Assembly (NCBI GenBank): GCA_963827755.1
Contig: CAWHCQ010000002.1
Location: 1-31,881 of the forward strand
Length of the DNA stretch: 31,881 nt
Direction: 5' to 3'
Origin: an uncultured Gammaproteobacteria bacterium
GTDB lineage: Bacteria > Pseudomonadota > Gammaproteobacteria > UBA9214
The translations under genes and the position numbers were made by a program. A model generated the notes under the pieces. That model saw only the letters and a program-made list of their open reading frames with translations. It was not told where the DNA came from and did no database searches. Position 1 is the first letter of the stretch. The number at the start of each line of letters is the position of its first letter. This document shows, piece by piece, positions 21,112-29,898 of the stretch.

Positions 21112-22805
21112 TCAAGCCTGTTTATCGCATACAGTAATTGTTAACTGTTCATCGATATTGCGGCGTGACTTTAATGTGAGCGAATCAGTAGCACATTCGA
21201 ACCCGCGTTGATAGTAAAAATCGCGCATTACGTTTTTAATGCGGGAATTTTCTTTTGCCATGCCCTTGTTCGACAATACATCCACAACAACATCGAATGA
21301 TCTATCTCTTAAGCAATCAAGCAAAACCTCCTCCGACCTGTCTGATGTCAGCGAGTGCATATAGAGCATACATGTCTCAGGGCGCGTTTTAAGGCAAGGT
21401 ACAAAACAGGTAATTCACTGATAATCAATGTCCGCTTGCCTTGCGTAACCGGGCCTAAATAATACTGCATACGTTGAATAAACTCTTCTCTCTCCTGCGT
21501 TGTGCGTATGAACCTGAATTCAGGTACTGATTGAATAGGCTGATTAGTGTGCCACCAGGTATCTTCCCGATATGGATATCTGCTCCAATGCATCACGAAT
21601 AAAGTACACACAAGAAGCACGCTCATGATTTTTAAAGGCGCATGGCTATCCGGGCCGCGCTTGCTCGGTGCATATGTCACCGCAACACCCAGCAACAAGG
21701 GCAAACCAACCATGAACGCACCGGTTAATTGCGCTATTCCATTACCACTTGTTATTCCCAGCGTGGTTGCATATGAAAGCAACATGACCACTAACCAATG
21801 AATTCTCTGCCTTAATCCGGTATCGCCCTCTGGCACATTTAATAAAGACCAGCCATAGGCTAACGCACTCAAGAATGCGAGTACCATGAGAACCCGGCTG
21901 GTATACGCCCCGCCTGCAAGCCCCATCAACCATAAAACTATTGCAATTGCGATAAAAATGACTGCAAACATCGAAACATTCAACCTATCAAGCCGCTTCC
22001 AAAACAACAGAGAAACCACAAACAATACATAAACACCAATCAGTGTATATAGCTGATATTTGTTCGATAATAGTACTGTTCCAACCCCGTGCCCACTCGA
22101 AAAAGCTATTGAGGACAAATACTCTCCCGGAGCTGCAAAATATAAAATAGCGGGTAACGCAATTAATGCTGAACATATAAAAACCAATAAAAACTTAACA
22201 ATCCGCCTGAAGTCTCGCTCAATAACAAGTCGCGCAAGGATGAGAAAGGACATCATCAGAGCCGAGAACGGGTGAGCAAAAAACATAATGATGGGAAGAG
22301 CTCCAAGCGAAATCTCCCTGTTCCGCTTCCACTCGAAGAAGCCTAGCGCGAAGACGATCCAGAGAACCTGAGATATGGTGTTGTAGCTGGGCGCAAAGAT
22401 GCCGTGGTATGAAATCGCAAAACTCAAGGATAGCGCCGTCAGACTCGCGACATACGCCGAAAACTCCATTTCTAACAGTTTTTTATAGGCATAGAGGAAT
22501 ACGGAAAGGCTTAAAAACGCCATAATAAGCCGGCCAAAAAAAACAAAACCCTCGAACCCATAGACTAGATGGTATAGATAGAATACCGGATATAATAATA
22601 TATACACCGACTGCTGGATAAACAGGTCATTGCTAAATAACTTGCCCGATTCAAGTAGTCCCTTTATTTCCCCGTAATACTGCATTTCATCGGTCAGATC
22701 CAATCCTCTCGTCACCCGGATGAAGAGCATGACCAACAAGATTATGCTCGTGATGAGAAAACCGGGATTAGTAAGATTGCGTACCTTGACCGTCATGTTA
22801 AACAT
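21112..22805 (-). CDS. Polytopic membrane protein, GT-C (GtrC/PMT-like) fold candidate (frameshift in A-run near 21388)
   Basis: First TM is followed by the acidic loop RGLDLTDEMQYY, then many TMs and a soluble tail. Adding one A joins ORF 21348..22805 to 21112..21369 (ALKTRPETCMLYMHS). Confidence 0.62.
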
Positions 22806-22810
22806 TGTTT

Positions 22811-23986
22811 TTAATTTTTACACACAATAACCACGTTCCAGCAAAGCAATCGCAAGGGCGGAAAAATCGCGAGTAGAATTTTATCAACAATCTCCAGGGG
22901 TCGATATAACCACCGCCACTTTCCACCCTCCTGTACAACTACTTTCCAGAATCTTTCTCTGTTAGGGCTGCGGCGCTGAGCCACAGCCATAATGACAAAA
23001 ATAATCAGCGTGGTGAGCCAGAAATATCGGGTTTCTACTGTTCTGAAATGCCTACGGAATAGCTTGATGTCTGACCATTTTAAAGGATGCTCATCTGGTG
23101 TTCGCACGTCTGTTGCTATAGACCGATAAACATTAATAGCGGGATTGTAGGCAAGAGGATCCCAGGTAACGAGAACCCCACCAGAGGCAAGATGTGGCTT
23201 GATGCGTGTAATCGTTGGTTCAATATCTACATGGTGCAGCAGATTACCTGCATAAATTATGTCGAATTTGTCATCTTGTGACAATCGCATGTCTTCAGCG
23301 GAAGCGAGGTGCTGTTTTATGCTTACCCCATTCGCCCCGGCAAGACGACTGGTTGCATCCAGCATGCCTTGCGAAAGATCAGAGGAAGTAACATCAGCTC
23401 CCAACAGAGCGAAATACACGCTGGCCTCACCCAGCCCACAGCCTATATCCAAAAAACGCTTTCCTCGTATATCACCAAGACGCTGCGTGATATAGCGCAT
23501 TTCCGGGGCGGTACAGACTTCGTTAACTGCGCGCACATCGAATTTCTCAACATCCTCGCTATCAGCCCACGCATCGTGAAACTCACGCTCATTTTGAATT
23601 CGCCTGTCATGAACCGTCTGATCGCTATCTGGTTTTTTATAGCCCGCAGATTCTGCTACACGCATAACAATCCCCTTAAAATAAATATCATTCTTGCGTT
23701 TGACTGGATCTTCAATAGCTATAAGACCAGCTTCGTGCTGACGCATAGCAGCTTTCTCGCTATCGCCTCGCACACAGAATTCAAACTCATTCAATGGAAC
23801 TGACAAACTCCCTGAATCTGCCGATTCCCAACTGACCTTCACGGCCCCGTTCTCATAGTTAAAATCCAGTCCTCGAACAAAATCATCCCACACAGGACGG
23901 CCCTTGCTATCCGACTGAAATGATACGTCTTGAGCCGCTACAAGAAAGCGATATCTAAAACTTTCAAACTTGATTTTTTTTGCCAT
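22811..23986 (-). CDS. Class I SAM-dependent methyltransferase with unrecognised N-terminal domain
   Basis: FLDIGCGLG motif I, FDIIYAGNLLHH and TPDEHPL. About 120 extra N-terminal residues. Confidence 0.82.
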   Translation of the reverse strand: MAKKIKFESFRYRFLVAAQDVSFQSDSKGRPVWDDFVRGLDFNYENGAVKVSWESADSGSLSVPLNEFEFCVRGDSEKAAMRQHEAGLIAIEDPVKRKNDIYFKGIVMRVAESAGYKKPDSDQTVHDRRIQNEREFHDAWADSEDVEKFDVRAVNEVCTAPEMRYITQRLGDIRGKRFLDIGCGLGEASVYFALLGADVTSSDLSQGMLDATSRLAGANGVSIKQHLASAEDMRLSQDDKFDIIYAGNLLHHVDIEPTITRIKPHLASGGVLVTWDPLAYNPAINVYRSIATDVRTPDEHPLKWSDIKLFRRHFRTVETRYFWLTTLIIFVIMAVAQRRSPNRERFWKVVVQEGGKWRWLYRPLEIVDKILLAIFPPLRLLCWNVVIVCKN

Positions 23987-25181
23987 TGACTATCTCGATA
24001 ATTTTCCCGTGATTTGCGCGTGAAGGGGGTCGCTCACGAGGCCCGCCAGCAATCTTTTCCGCGATTTCGAGTAACTGCTCATAAGATAACGGCCAGTTAT
24101 TTTCCGGTGGCGAAGTAAGAAAGGTTCCAATACGTTGCAGCTTGGCAGCCATGTATCGCATGGAAATAGTCATCTCCGGATAGCTGCCATACATGCAACC
24201 ATCACATGCTCTCGTTACTTGTGCCACTTCCTCGCGCCAGGTCTTATTACGATATATGGCTGGAAACTTGCTATCGTAAGCAGGATAGCTGTTATCAAGG
24301 CGATGATCACAGCACGGGGCAAACTCCGCATTGGGCAAGAGTGCAAAGTAGAGATTCGGCGTGTCGCATACGTTATTGTTACGACTGCGCCAGGTTATCG
24401 GTTGATTACGCACAAAGCGCTTGATGTCGTCCAGATACTGTCCGCTATCGTATAGCAAGAAACCCTCTTCTTGCATTATGCGCACGCGCTCAATAACGGC
24501 ATCAACCACAGGTATCTCATCCGGCCTGAAGCGTAGCGACTGGTCAAAGGTGCGGAAGCCACGAGGATGTGCATAGTCGCTTACGTGTACAGGCACTAAA
24601 GATGTGAACCAGGATATCTCCGTACCAAACCGGACAACATCCTCGATGTCCCCCATGTTTTGCGGCTGCAGTACGCACCCCAACGATGCAAAGCTGCCTT
24701 TCTTGGGCAGATACCTGGTAAATAAAGCCATGGCCTTCAGCGCCTGATGCCAGGACTCACTGAATTCACCGTTGATTTTATCCTGTAGTGCCGGCTGCAA
24801 TGAATCAAGTGAAATTGATATGTCCTTGCCTCCCGCTTCGACAGCTCGTGCAATCTGCTCTTCCGAGGCATATCCATTGGTCTGCATACGCACATGCACA
24901 CCGCGCGACTCAAATGCATGAATGATATCCGGCAGGTCTTTTCGAGCGAACGGCTCTCCACCGGTCAGCAAAACAATGGCCACCCCCATCTTGGCAAAAT
25001 TATCTGCGACTCGCTTTACTTCATCTAAAGTGCACTCACGCACGTCGGAATTTGCATAAATGATATTGCATTGTTCACAGGTCAGGTTACAACGCGCAGT
25101 TATATAAAACTGCACATACACTGGCGCATTCTGGAACAATGCCGCCTTTGCCAACGTCATTTTCGATAAACTTGAAAACAT
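23964..25181 (-). CDS. Radical SAM protein with C-terminal Twitch/SPASM-type cysteines
   Basis: CNLTCEQC (CxxxCxxC), TGGEP, QTNG and ISLDS, with C-terminal C..(PCC)..CDGC. Confidence 0.92.
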   Translation of the reverse strand: MFSSLSKMTLAKAALFQNAPVYVQFYITARCNLTCEQCNIIYANSDVRECTLDEVKRVADNFAKMGVAIVLLTGGEPFARKDLPDIIHAFESRGVHVRMQTNGYASEEQIARAVEAGGKDISISLDSLQPALQDKINGEFSESWHQALKAMALFTRYLPKKGSFASLGCVLQPQNMGDIEDVVRFGTEISWFTSLVPVHVSDYAHPRGFRTFDQSLRFRPDEIPVVDAVIERVRIMQEEGFLLYDSGQYLDDIKRFVRNQPITWRSRNNNVCDTPNLYFALLPNAEFAPCCDHRLDNSYPAYDSKFPAIYRNKTWREEVAQVTRACDGCMYGSYPEMTISMRYMAAKLQRIGTFLTSPPENNWPLSYEQLLEIAEKIAGGPRERPPSRANHGKIIEIVNGKKNQV

Positions 25182-25182
25182 A

Positions 25183-25572
25183 TTATTTCTTCCTGAAAAA
25201 AACAGTCCGCGTTAAATAGTTAAGAACAAAGGTCACGCCATTAGTTAGCAACTTTGCCAGGTAGGGATCGACTGATGCGTAATCTACCAGCACCCATAAG
25301 ATGCCCGTCCCCGCACAAAGCATCACCCCATTCGCTGCAAAAGTAAGCGGTAAATCCGCGCTTAACCGAAACCTGCTGTTAGTAAATACGTATTTCCGGA
25401 TTAGAATGACATTTACAACTGCACCCACACTGAACCCTGCAGCATTAGCCCAATAAACTGAAATTCCAGTTGACACCAGTGCTGCGAAAATTAAGAAATC
25501 GACGCAAAAGCCACAAGTAGCTACAAGGACATAGCGTAGCGGAGCATTAAAGGTTGATAGTTTCGGCAACAA
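25183..25572 (-). CDS. GtrA family polyprenol-phosphate-sugar flippase
   Basis: About 130 aa with four TMs: LRYVLVATCGFCVDF...N...RKYVF...YLAKLL...NYL...VF. TTG start is inferred. Confidence 0.85.
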   Translation of the reverse strand: MLPKLSTFNAPLRYVLVATCGFCVDFLIFAALVSTGISVYWANAAGFSVGAVVNVILIRKYVFTNSRFRLSADLPLTFAANGVMLCAGTGILWVLVDYASVDPYLAKLLTNGVTFVLNYLTRTVFFRKK

Positions 25573-26491
25573 GATAGAGCGGGCGTCCCTTGACTTCTTC
25601 AAATATGCGCGCAATGTACTCTCCAACCAAACCAATCAGCAGTATCTGCACGCCACTAAAAATGACAATGGATAATAGTATTGCAGTCAACCCGGGTATC
25701 GGAATATCCGTAAACAACTTTAGGTACAGCATGTAAGACCCCCCAAGCATTCCAGCCACTATTGTCAGGAAACCGAGGTGGATTGCCATAGTCAGTGGTT
25801 TACTTGAAAACGACAAGATGGCATTGGCAGCAAATGCAAGCATCTTGCGCAAGGGGTATTTTGTTTCACCAGCAAAGCGTTCCGCGCGGTCATATTCGAT
25901 CGATGCAGCCTTAAATCCAAGCCAGGGCACCATTCCACGCACGAAACGATGACGCTCGCGAAGCTGCGTAAATGCATCAACGACTTTACGCGACATAAGC
26001 CGAAAATCACCTGTATCACGTGGGATGTCAATTTCGCACAAGTAATTCAACAATCGATAAAACCCTGCAGCCGTTGCCTTCTTGAAGGTCGTTTCACCGG
26101 CCCGACTGCGACGCTTTCCATAAACAACATCATAACCTGTCAACGCCATATGGTACATGTCTGCTATCAGTTCAGCCGGGTCCTGTAAATCGGCATCAAT
26201 TACGGCAACATAATCACCTGCCGCCAGGTCTATTCCTGCTGTTATGGCTATCTGATGCCCGAAATTCCGGCTTAGCGAAATTACTTTCACACTAGGAGTG
26301 TGCTCGGCGATACTTCTTAAAATCGACAACGAGCGGTCCCTGGATCCATCATCGACGAATAGAAACTCAACTTCTGCCTCAGGGCTCATCGTGTCACGTA
26401 GTACAAGCAGGCGACGCAAGGCTTCATCAATTGATGCCTCTTCGTCGAAGACCGGAACAACGATACTCAGAAGGTCTTTTTCTCGAAGCAT
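25547..26491 (-). CDS. GtrB/YkoT-like bactoprenol glycosyltransferase (GT2)
   Basis: LSIVVPVFDEE, FVDDGSRD, LSRNFGHQIA, IDADLQDP, DTGDFRLMSR, two TMs, GEYIARIFEEVKGRPLY. Confidence 0.92.
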   Translation of the reverse strand: MLREKDLLSIVVPVFDEEASIDEALRRLLVLRDTMSPEAEVEFLFVDDGSRDRSLSILRSIAEHTPSVKVISLSRNFGHQIAITAGIDLAAGDYVAVIDADLQDPAELIADMYHMALTGYDVVYGKRRSRAGETTFKKATAAGFYRLLNYLCEIDIPRDTGDFRLMSRKVVDAFTQLRERHRFVRGMVPWLGFKAASIEYDRAERFAGETKYPLRKMLAFAANAILSFSSKPLTMAIHLGFLTIVAGMLGGSYMLYLKLFTDIPIPGLTAILLSIVIFSGVQILLIGLVGEYIARIFEEVKGRPLYLVAETINL

Positions 26492-27363
26492 GAAGTTATT
26501 ACTCCCTGGTATTTTAGATTCACTGACTCGACTAATCCGAACAGCCAGCCGACAGGCACCACAATTGGCATTAGTAGCCCATTCACGATATCCAGTTGCA
26601 AGGAAGGCTTGCAACTGTGACGTTTCAACCGGTAATAAAGGTAATTATGCGTATTCGTCATGACATTTAATAAACTTTGCACAGTACCAAAGGTGTTGTA
26701 GGGCCAGGAACTCACAGTATCGACATGATAAAATCCAAAGCGGTGCATCAGGCGCTCAAGCGAAACCGGAGTGAACTGATGCAAATGATTAGGCACGTCG
26801 AAGAACGCATAAGCGGTGCCGAACCATCGATATTGCCATGAATCACCGTTTGGAACAGATATTACCAGCCGCCCGCCATCCACTAACTTTCCTGACAATG
26901 AATCCAGTAATTCCAATAGTTGATTCGCAGGTATGTGTTCGAGAGAGTGCCAGGCAGTCGTAACACTTATTTCATCGGGAACGCTGCGCATATCTTCTAC
27001 AATTTCAAGCCCGAGAACCTCCCGTGAAAATACCAGTGATTCAGGTGTGATTTCCATACCCACCGCATGCGTGTAACGAGCTGCATTATGATAAAGGAAT
27101 TTACCGGATGCCGACCCTATATCGAGCAATTGTTTTCGGTCTGTCAATTTGTCGAATTTCTCAAGGACTCTGGCTTTAAAACGATCGAGGGCCGTTATAC
27201 GACGAACTTCTTTTTCGGACAGGGTGTCGTTGATGATGAAACCTTGCGCCTGGGTTGCCAACAGCACTTCATGCCCACAACTCCTGCAGCGGCGATACTC
27301 TTTTGTACGATTATCAAATTCAATACCGTCGCAGATAAAACAATGTAATTCAGCTTTCGTCAA
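26467..27363 (-). CDS. Class I SAM methyltransferase with N-terminal zinc ribbon
   Basis: CFIC...CRSC, LLDIGSASG, WHSLEHIP, ISVPN, DVPNHLHQF. TTG start overlaps the upstream TGA. Confidence 0.82.
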   Translation of the reverse strand: MTKAELHCFICDGIEFDNRTKEYRRCRSCGHEVLLATQAQGFIINDTLSEKEVRRITALDRFKARVLEKFDKLTDRKQLLDIGSASGKFLYHNAARYTHAVGMEITPESLVFSREVLGLEIVEDMRSVPDEISVTTAWHSLEHIPANQLLELLDSLSGKLVDGGRLVISVPNGDSWQYRWFGTAYAFFDVPNHLHQFTPVSLERLMHRFGFYHVDTVSSWPYNTFGTVQSLLNVMTNTHNYLYYRLKRHSCKPSLQLDIVNGLLMPIVVPVGWLFGLVESVNLKYQGVITSCFEKKTF

Positions 27364-29069
27364 CGCATTTTCTCCATGAGTCTGCGCCACAATATAACCG
27401 ACAAACTTCTGGGCAGACAGCGCGCTAACATCGACATGGCAAACGATCTAAATGAAACAATCAACGTCGTTTTTTGCTGCCGCAAACCGGCAATTATCGC
27501 AGCAGCAACCGCCTCTGGTGACATCAGATTTTCACCTTCAATCTCCTTGACTGCACTGCTTTTCTGGAAATTTGTTTTCATACCGCCCGGACAAACCGTC
27601 ATGACCTGAATGTTTTCTTTTGCAAGTTCAGCTCCCCATGCCTCCCCTATGGACAACAGGGCACTGTTCGTAGCTGCATAAGTGGCCATGTAGGGCAACG
27701 GTTGAAATGCGGAGGATGAACTTATCAGAACTACTCTTCCAAAATGGTGTTTCTGCATACAGTTGATTGCGGCCCTGGCCAGGGCAATACGCGCAAGAAC
27801 ATTTATTGAAAACATTTTTCGATGGGTATCAATCGAAATATCCTGCATCCGTCCGCGCAATCCAATCCCGGCGCAAGCGTAAAGTTCGGATACATTGATC
27901 GCATTCCACTCTGACGAGCTTAGCAACGAATCAACTTCTGCTTCGTCAGACAAATCGACGATGCAGGTCACACAGTTGTCAAAACCACCCGCAAGAGCAG
28001 CAAGACCTGCACCGTCCTCATCGACCAGCAAGAGATGCCCTCTTCGGGGTGCGAGGTAGCTCACTAATGCACGCCCTAATCCGGACGCTGCCCCCGTAAT
28101 CACTGTCTGACCACCAACCGCTAAATCAGGATCCAGTCGGGACTTTTCACGGTCTGTTACTTCTGCAAGTGCTGAGTAGGTCGAGTAACCGGGTTGCCAC
28201 CCAAGATCGCCTAGTCGTGCATCGGATGCCGTTAGTGCCGGGTACAACATTGCTTTGAGCGGAAAAGGCAACCAACGCACGAAAGGACTGGCAATGGTCG
28301 CAATTAATGAAAAAGGGATACGTAATTTTTCCGGATTGCACTGGTAAAAATATTCAGCAATTGAGACGGCATCACCAGCGCAAAAGTAGATGTTACCAAC
28401 TGAGGCCGGGTGCGCGGCGACAGTTAGAATTGCACTTGCCAAATCGTCCACATGGATCACTGAAAACTTCCCCGGCCATGCTATTCTGGCAGCCATAGAA
28501 CCTGATAATGATTGGCGTGCAAAGACTGCGAAGTGGCTGTCGGCACGCATATCAGCACCGACTACCATGGTGGGTCGAATTATGGCAAATGGCAAACCGG
28601 AATGGCTGACAACATCTTCAGCCTGCTGCTTTGATTTGCCATAGTCTGATGTTGGAAAAGCCGGACTATCTTCAGTAAGAGGTACTGCGCAATTGTCATC
28701 CTTTGCGCGATCTATCGCGCCGATTGTCGACACATAAACGAAACGACTTATTTCTTGTGCGTGCTGCTTCGCAGCGTGAATGAGGCGCTCTGTCAGTTCA
28801 ACATTCGCCTGGTGATAATGCGGGCCGTTTCCAAAACGAGCGTCTCCTGCACAATGTATAATGACATTAGCACCAGCAATGGCCACACGGAGCGCGCTCT
28901 CATCACGCAAATCACCCAACCAAATCCTCACTCCCAATCTGGTCAGCTCGGCATCTTCACGACGAACCAGGACTCTTACATCAATTCCAGACTTAACCAG
29001 CTGCTTACAAACATGGCGCCCCACAAATCCAGCTGCGCCGGTTACAAAATAAACTGGATTCCTCGTCAC
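27360..29069 (-). CDS. Fusion of extended SDR (NAD-dependent epimerase/dehydratase) and classical SDR
   Basis: Two Rossmann motifs (VTGAAGFVG; ITGAASGLG). YGKSK in domain 1 and YAATN in domain 2. GTG start with GAGG RBS. Confidence 0.88.
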   Translation of the reverse strand: MTRNPVYFVTGAAGFVGRHVCKQLVKSGIDVRVLVRREDAELTRLGVRIWLGDLRDESALRVAIAGANVIIHCAGDARFGNGPHYHQANVELTERLIHAAKQHAQEISRFVYVSTIGAIDRAKDDNCAVPLTEDSPAFPTSDYGKSKQQAEDVVSHSGLPFAIIRPTMVVGADMRADSHFAVFARQSLSGSMAARIAWPGKFSVIHVDDLASAILTVAAHPASVGNIYFCAGDAVSIAEYFYQCNPEKLRIPFSLIATIASPFVRWLPFPLKAMLYPALTASDARLGDLGWQPGYSTYSALAEVTDREKSRLDPDLAVGGQTVITGAASGLGRALVSYLAPRRGHLLLVDEDGAGLAALAGGFDNCVTCIVDLSDEAEVDSLLSSSEWNAINVSELYACAGIGLRGRMQDISIDTHRKMFSINVLARIALARAAINCMQKHHFGRVVLISSSSAFQPLPYMATYAATNSALLSIGEAWGAELAKENIQVMTVCPGGMKTNFQKSSAVKEIEGENLMSPEAVAAAIIAGLRQQKTTLIVSFRSFAMSMLARCLPRSLSVILWRRLMEKMR

Positions 29070-29306
29070 TAGTACCTCGTTTCACCTGGGTGAATCGCAA
29101 AAAAATAGTATACATAATTACACGATTATAGACGGACGAATAACGACATCCCATCTCTGCATAAGCGGATTTCGCTTTAATATTTCTCCACTGCCCGTGT
29201 AGCTCGCTTTCCGAGGGGCGTTCCTTTTTGGCATGTTGTACGTGACTGCCCAATGACAGGATACAGCTCCTTCCCGGCCATGCCTTGAGCCCGCTTCCGC
29301 ATGCCA

Positions 29307-29332
29307 TGGAATGGAACTCTCATTCCTGCCAT
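29307..29332 (-). pseudogene. 5' stub of a second fdtB copy
   Basis: ATGGCAGGAATGAGAGTTCCATTCC (MAGMRVPF) versus intact fdtB ATGGCAGGCATAAGCGTTCCATTCC (MAGISVPF). Same overlap with the fdtA end. Confidence 0.7.
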
Positions 29333-29730
29333 CGCGCTCTCATGAATTCCGCGTAATCACGATAGTAATCACTCTCGTCGTACTTGTTGGAAGCAAGCGC
29401 CATACAGACCGAACCTGACGAGAAATTATCCAGTTCTCGCCAAATCATCGGACAAACATAAAGCCCGTTATACGATCGATTCAGGTGAACACGTTTCTTG
29501 TTTTTTCCGTCGTCCAGGATGACATCAAAGCTGCCGGACATGGCTATGATGAATTGATGTAATTCTTTATGCGCATGCCCCCCGCGTTCGCCACCGCCCG
29601 GGACATCATAAAGATAATAAACCCGCTGGATGTCGAATGGGATATGGTTGCCCGACTCGATAAAAGTCAGGTTGCCGCGCGGGTCCTGTATTTTCGGCAG
29701 ATCGATGATCTTGCAAAGGTCAATGTCCAT
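29320..29730 (-). CDS. fdtA: dTDP-4-keto-6-deoxyglucose 3,4-ketoisomerase (FdtA/QdtA cupin)
   Basis: DPRGNLTFIE, IPFDIQRVYYLYDVP, RGGHAHK, YDESDYYRDY. Confidence 0.93.
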   Translation of the reverse strand: MDIDLCKIIDLPKIQDPRGNLTFIESGNHIPFDIQRVYYLYDVPGGGERGGHAHKELHQFIIAMSGSFDVILDDGKNKKRVHLNRSYNGLYVCPMIWRELDNFSSGSVCMALASNKYDESDYYRDYAEFMRARWQE

Positions 29731-29898
29731 CTACTGTCTCCACAACGACGGGGTCAGGAAGGTTTTTTTGTAGCGCTGCATGGCAGCAGAAATCTTGTTT
29801 TCAACAACCCGACAAAGGTAACCCTGCTCTGATTCATCCACCGGGGCAGCCCCGAAGCGTTCATGAAAGCGACACGCGCGCTCATTGCCCCTGGTCAA
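29731..29898 (-). pseudogene. 3' remnant of a GNAT (RimJ/RimL-type) acyltransferase
   Basis: Manual translation TRGNERACRFHERFGAAPVDESEQGYL...AMQRYKK has the GNAT C-terminal N-x-x-A-x-x-F-H-E-R-F-G pattern but no N-terminal half. Confidence 0.62.

Larger units (their letters stand above)
20849..29306 (-). other. Inserted lower-GC glycan-modification cassette bracketed by duplicated fdtA/fdtB junctions
   Basis: Seven tightly coupled minus-strand genes, visibly AT-richer than the fdtB/wzx flank. Bounded by a decayed fdtA on one side and a fdtB stub on the other. Confidence 0.75.

Noticed and set aside
20849-21115. 88-aa ORF as a real gene or radical SAM precursor peptide
   Set aside because: No recognisable motif, and its 3' end aligns weakly with the GNAT remnant at 29731-29802, suggesting decayed duplicated DNA. 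The TTGA overlap means it cannot be fully excluded.
12400-21400. Phase variation by slipped-strand tracts
   Set aside because: Frameshifts fall in runs of 2-5 nt or in non-repetitive sequence, not in long homopolymer or microsatellite tracts.
23964-29069. Hopanoid biosynthesis cluster (HpnA-like SDR, HpnH-like radical SAM)
   Set aside because: Only generic family similarity. There is no squalene synthase or squalene-hopene cyclase, and the GtrA/GtrB context points to surface glycosylation.
29005-29307. 100-aa ORF upstream of the SDR fusion
   Set aside because: It overlaps the SDR start out of frame and has no motifs. The region more likely holds decayed sequence and the cassette promoter (TATAAT-like hexamer without a clear -35).
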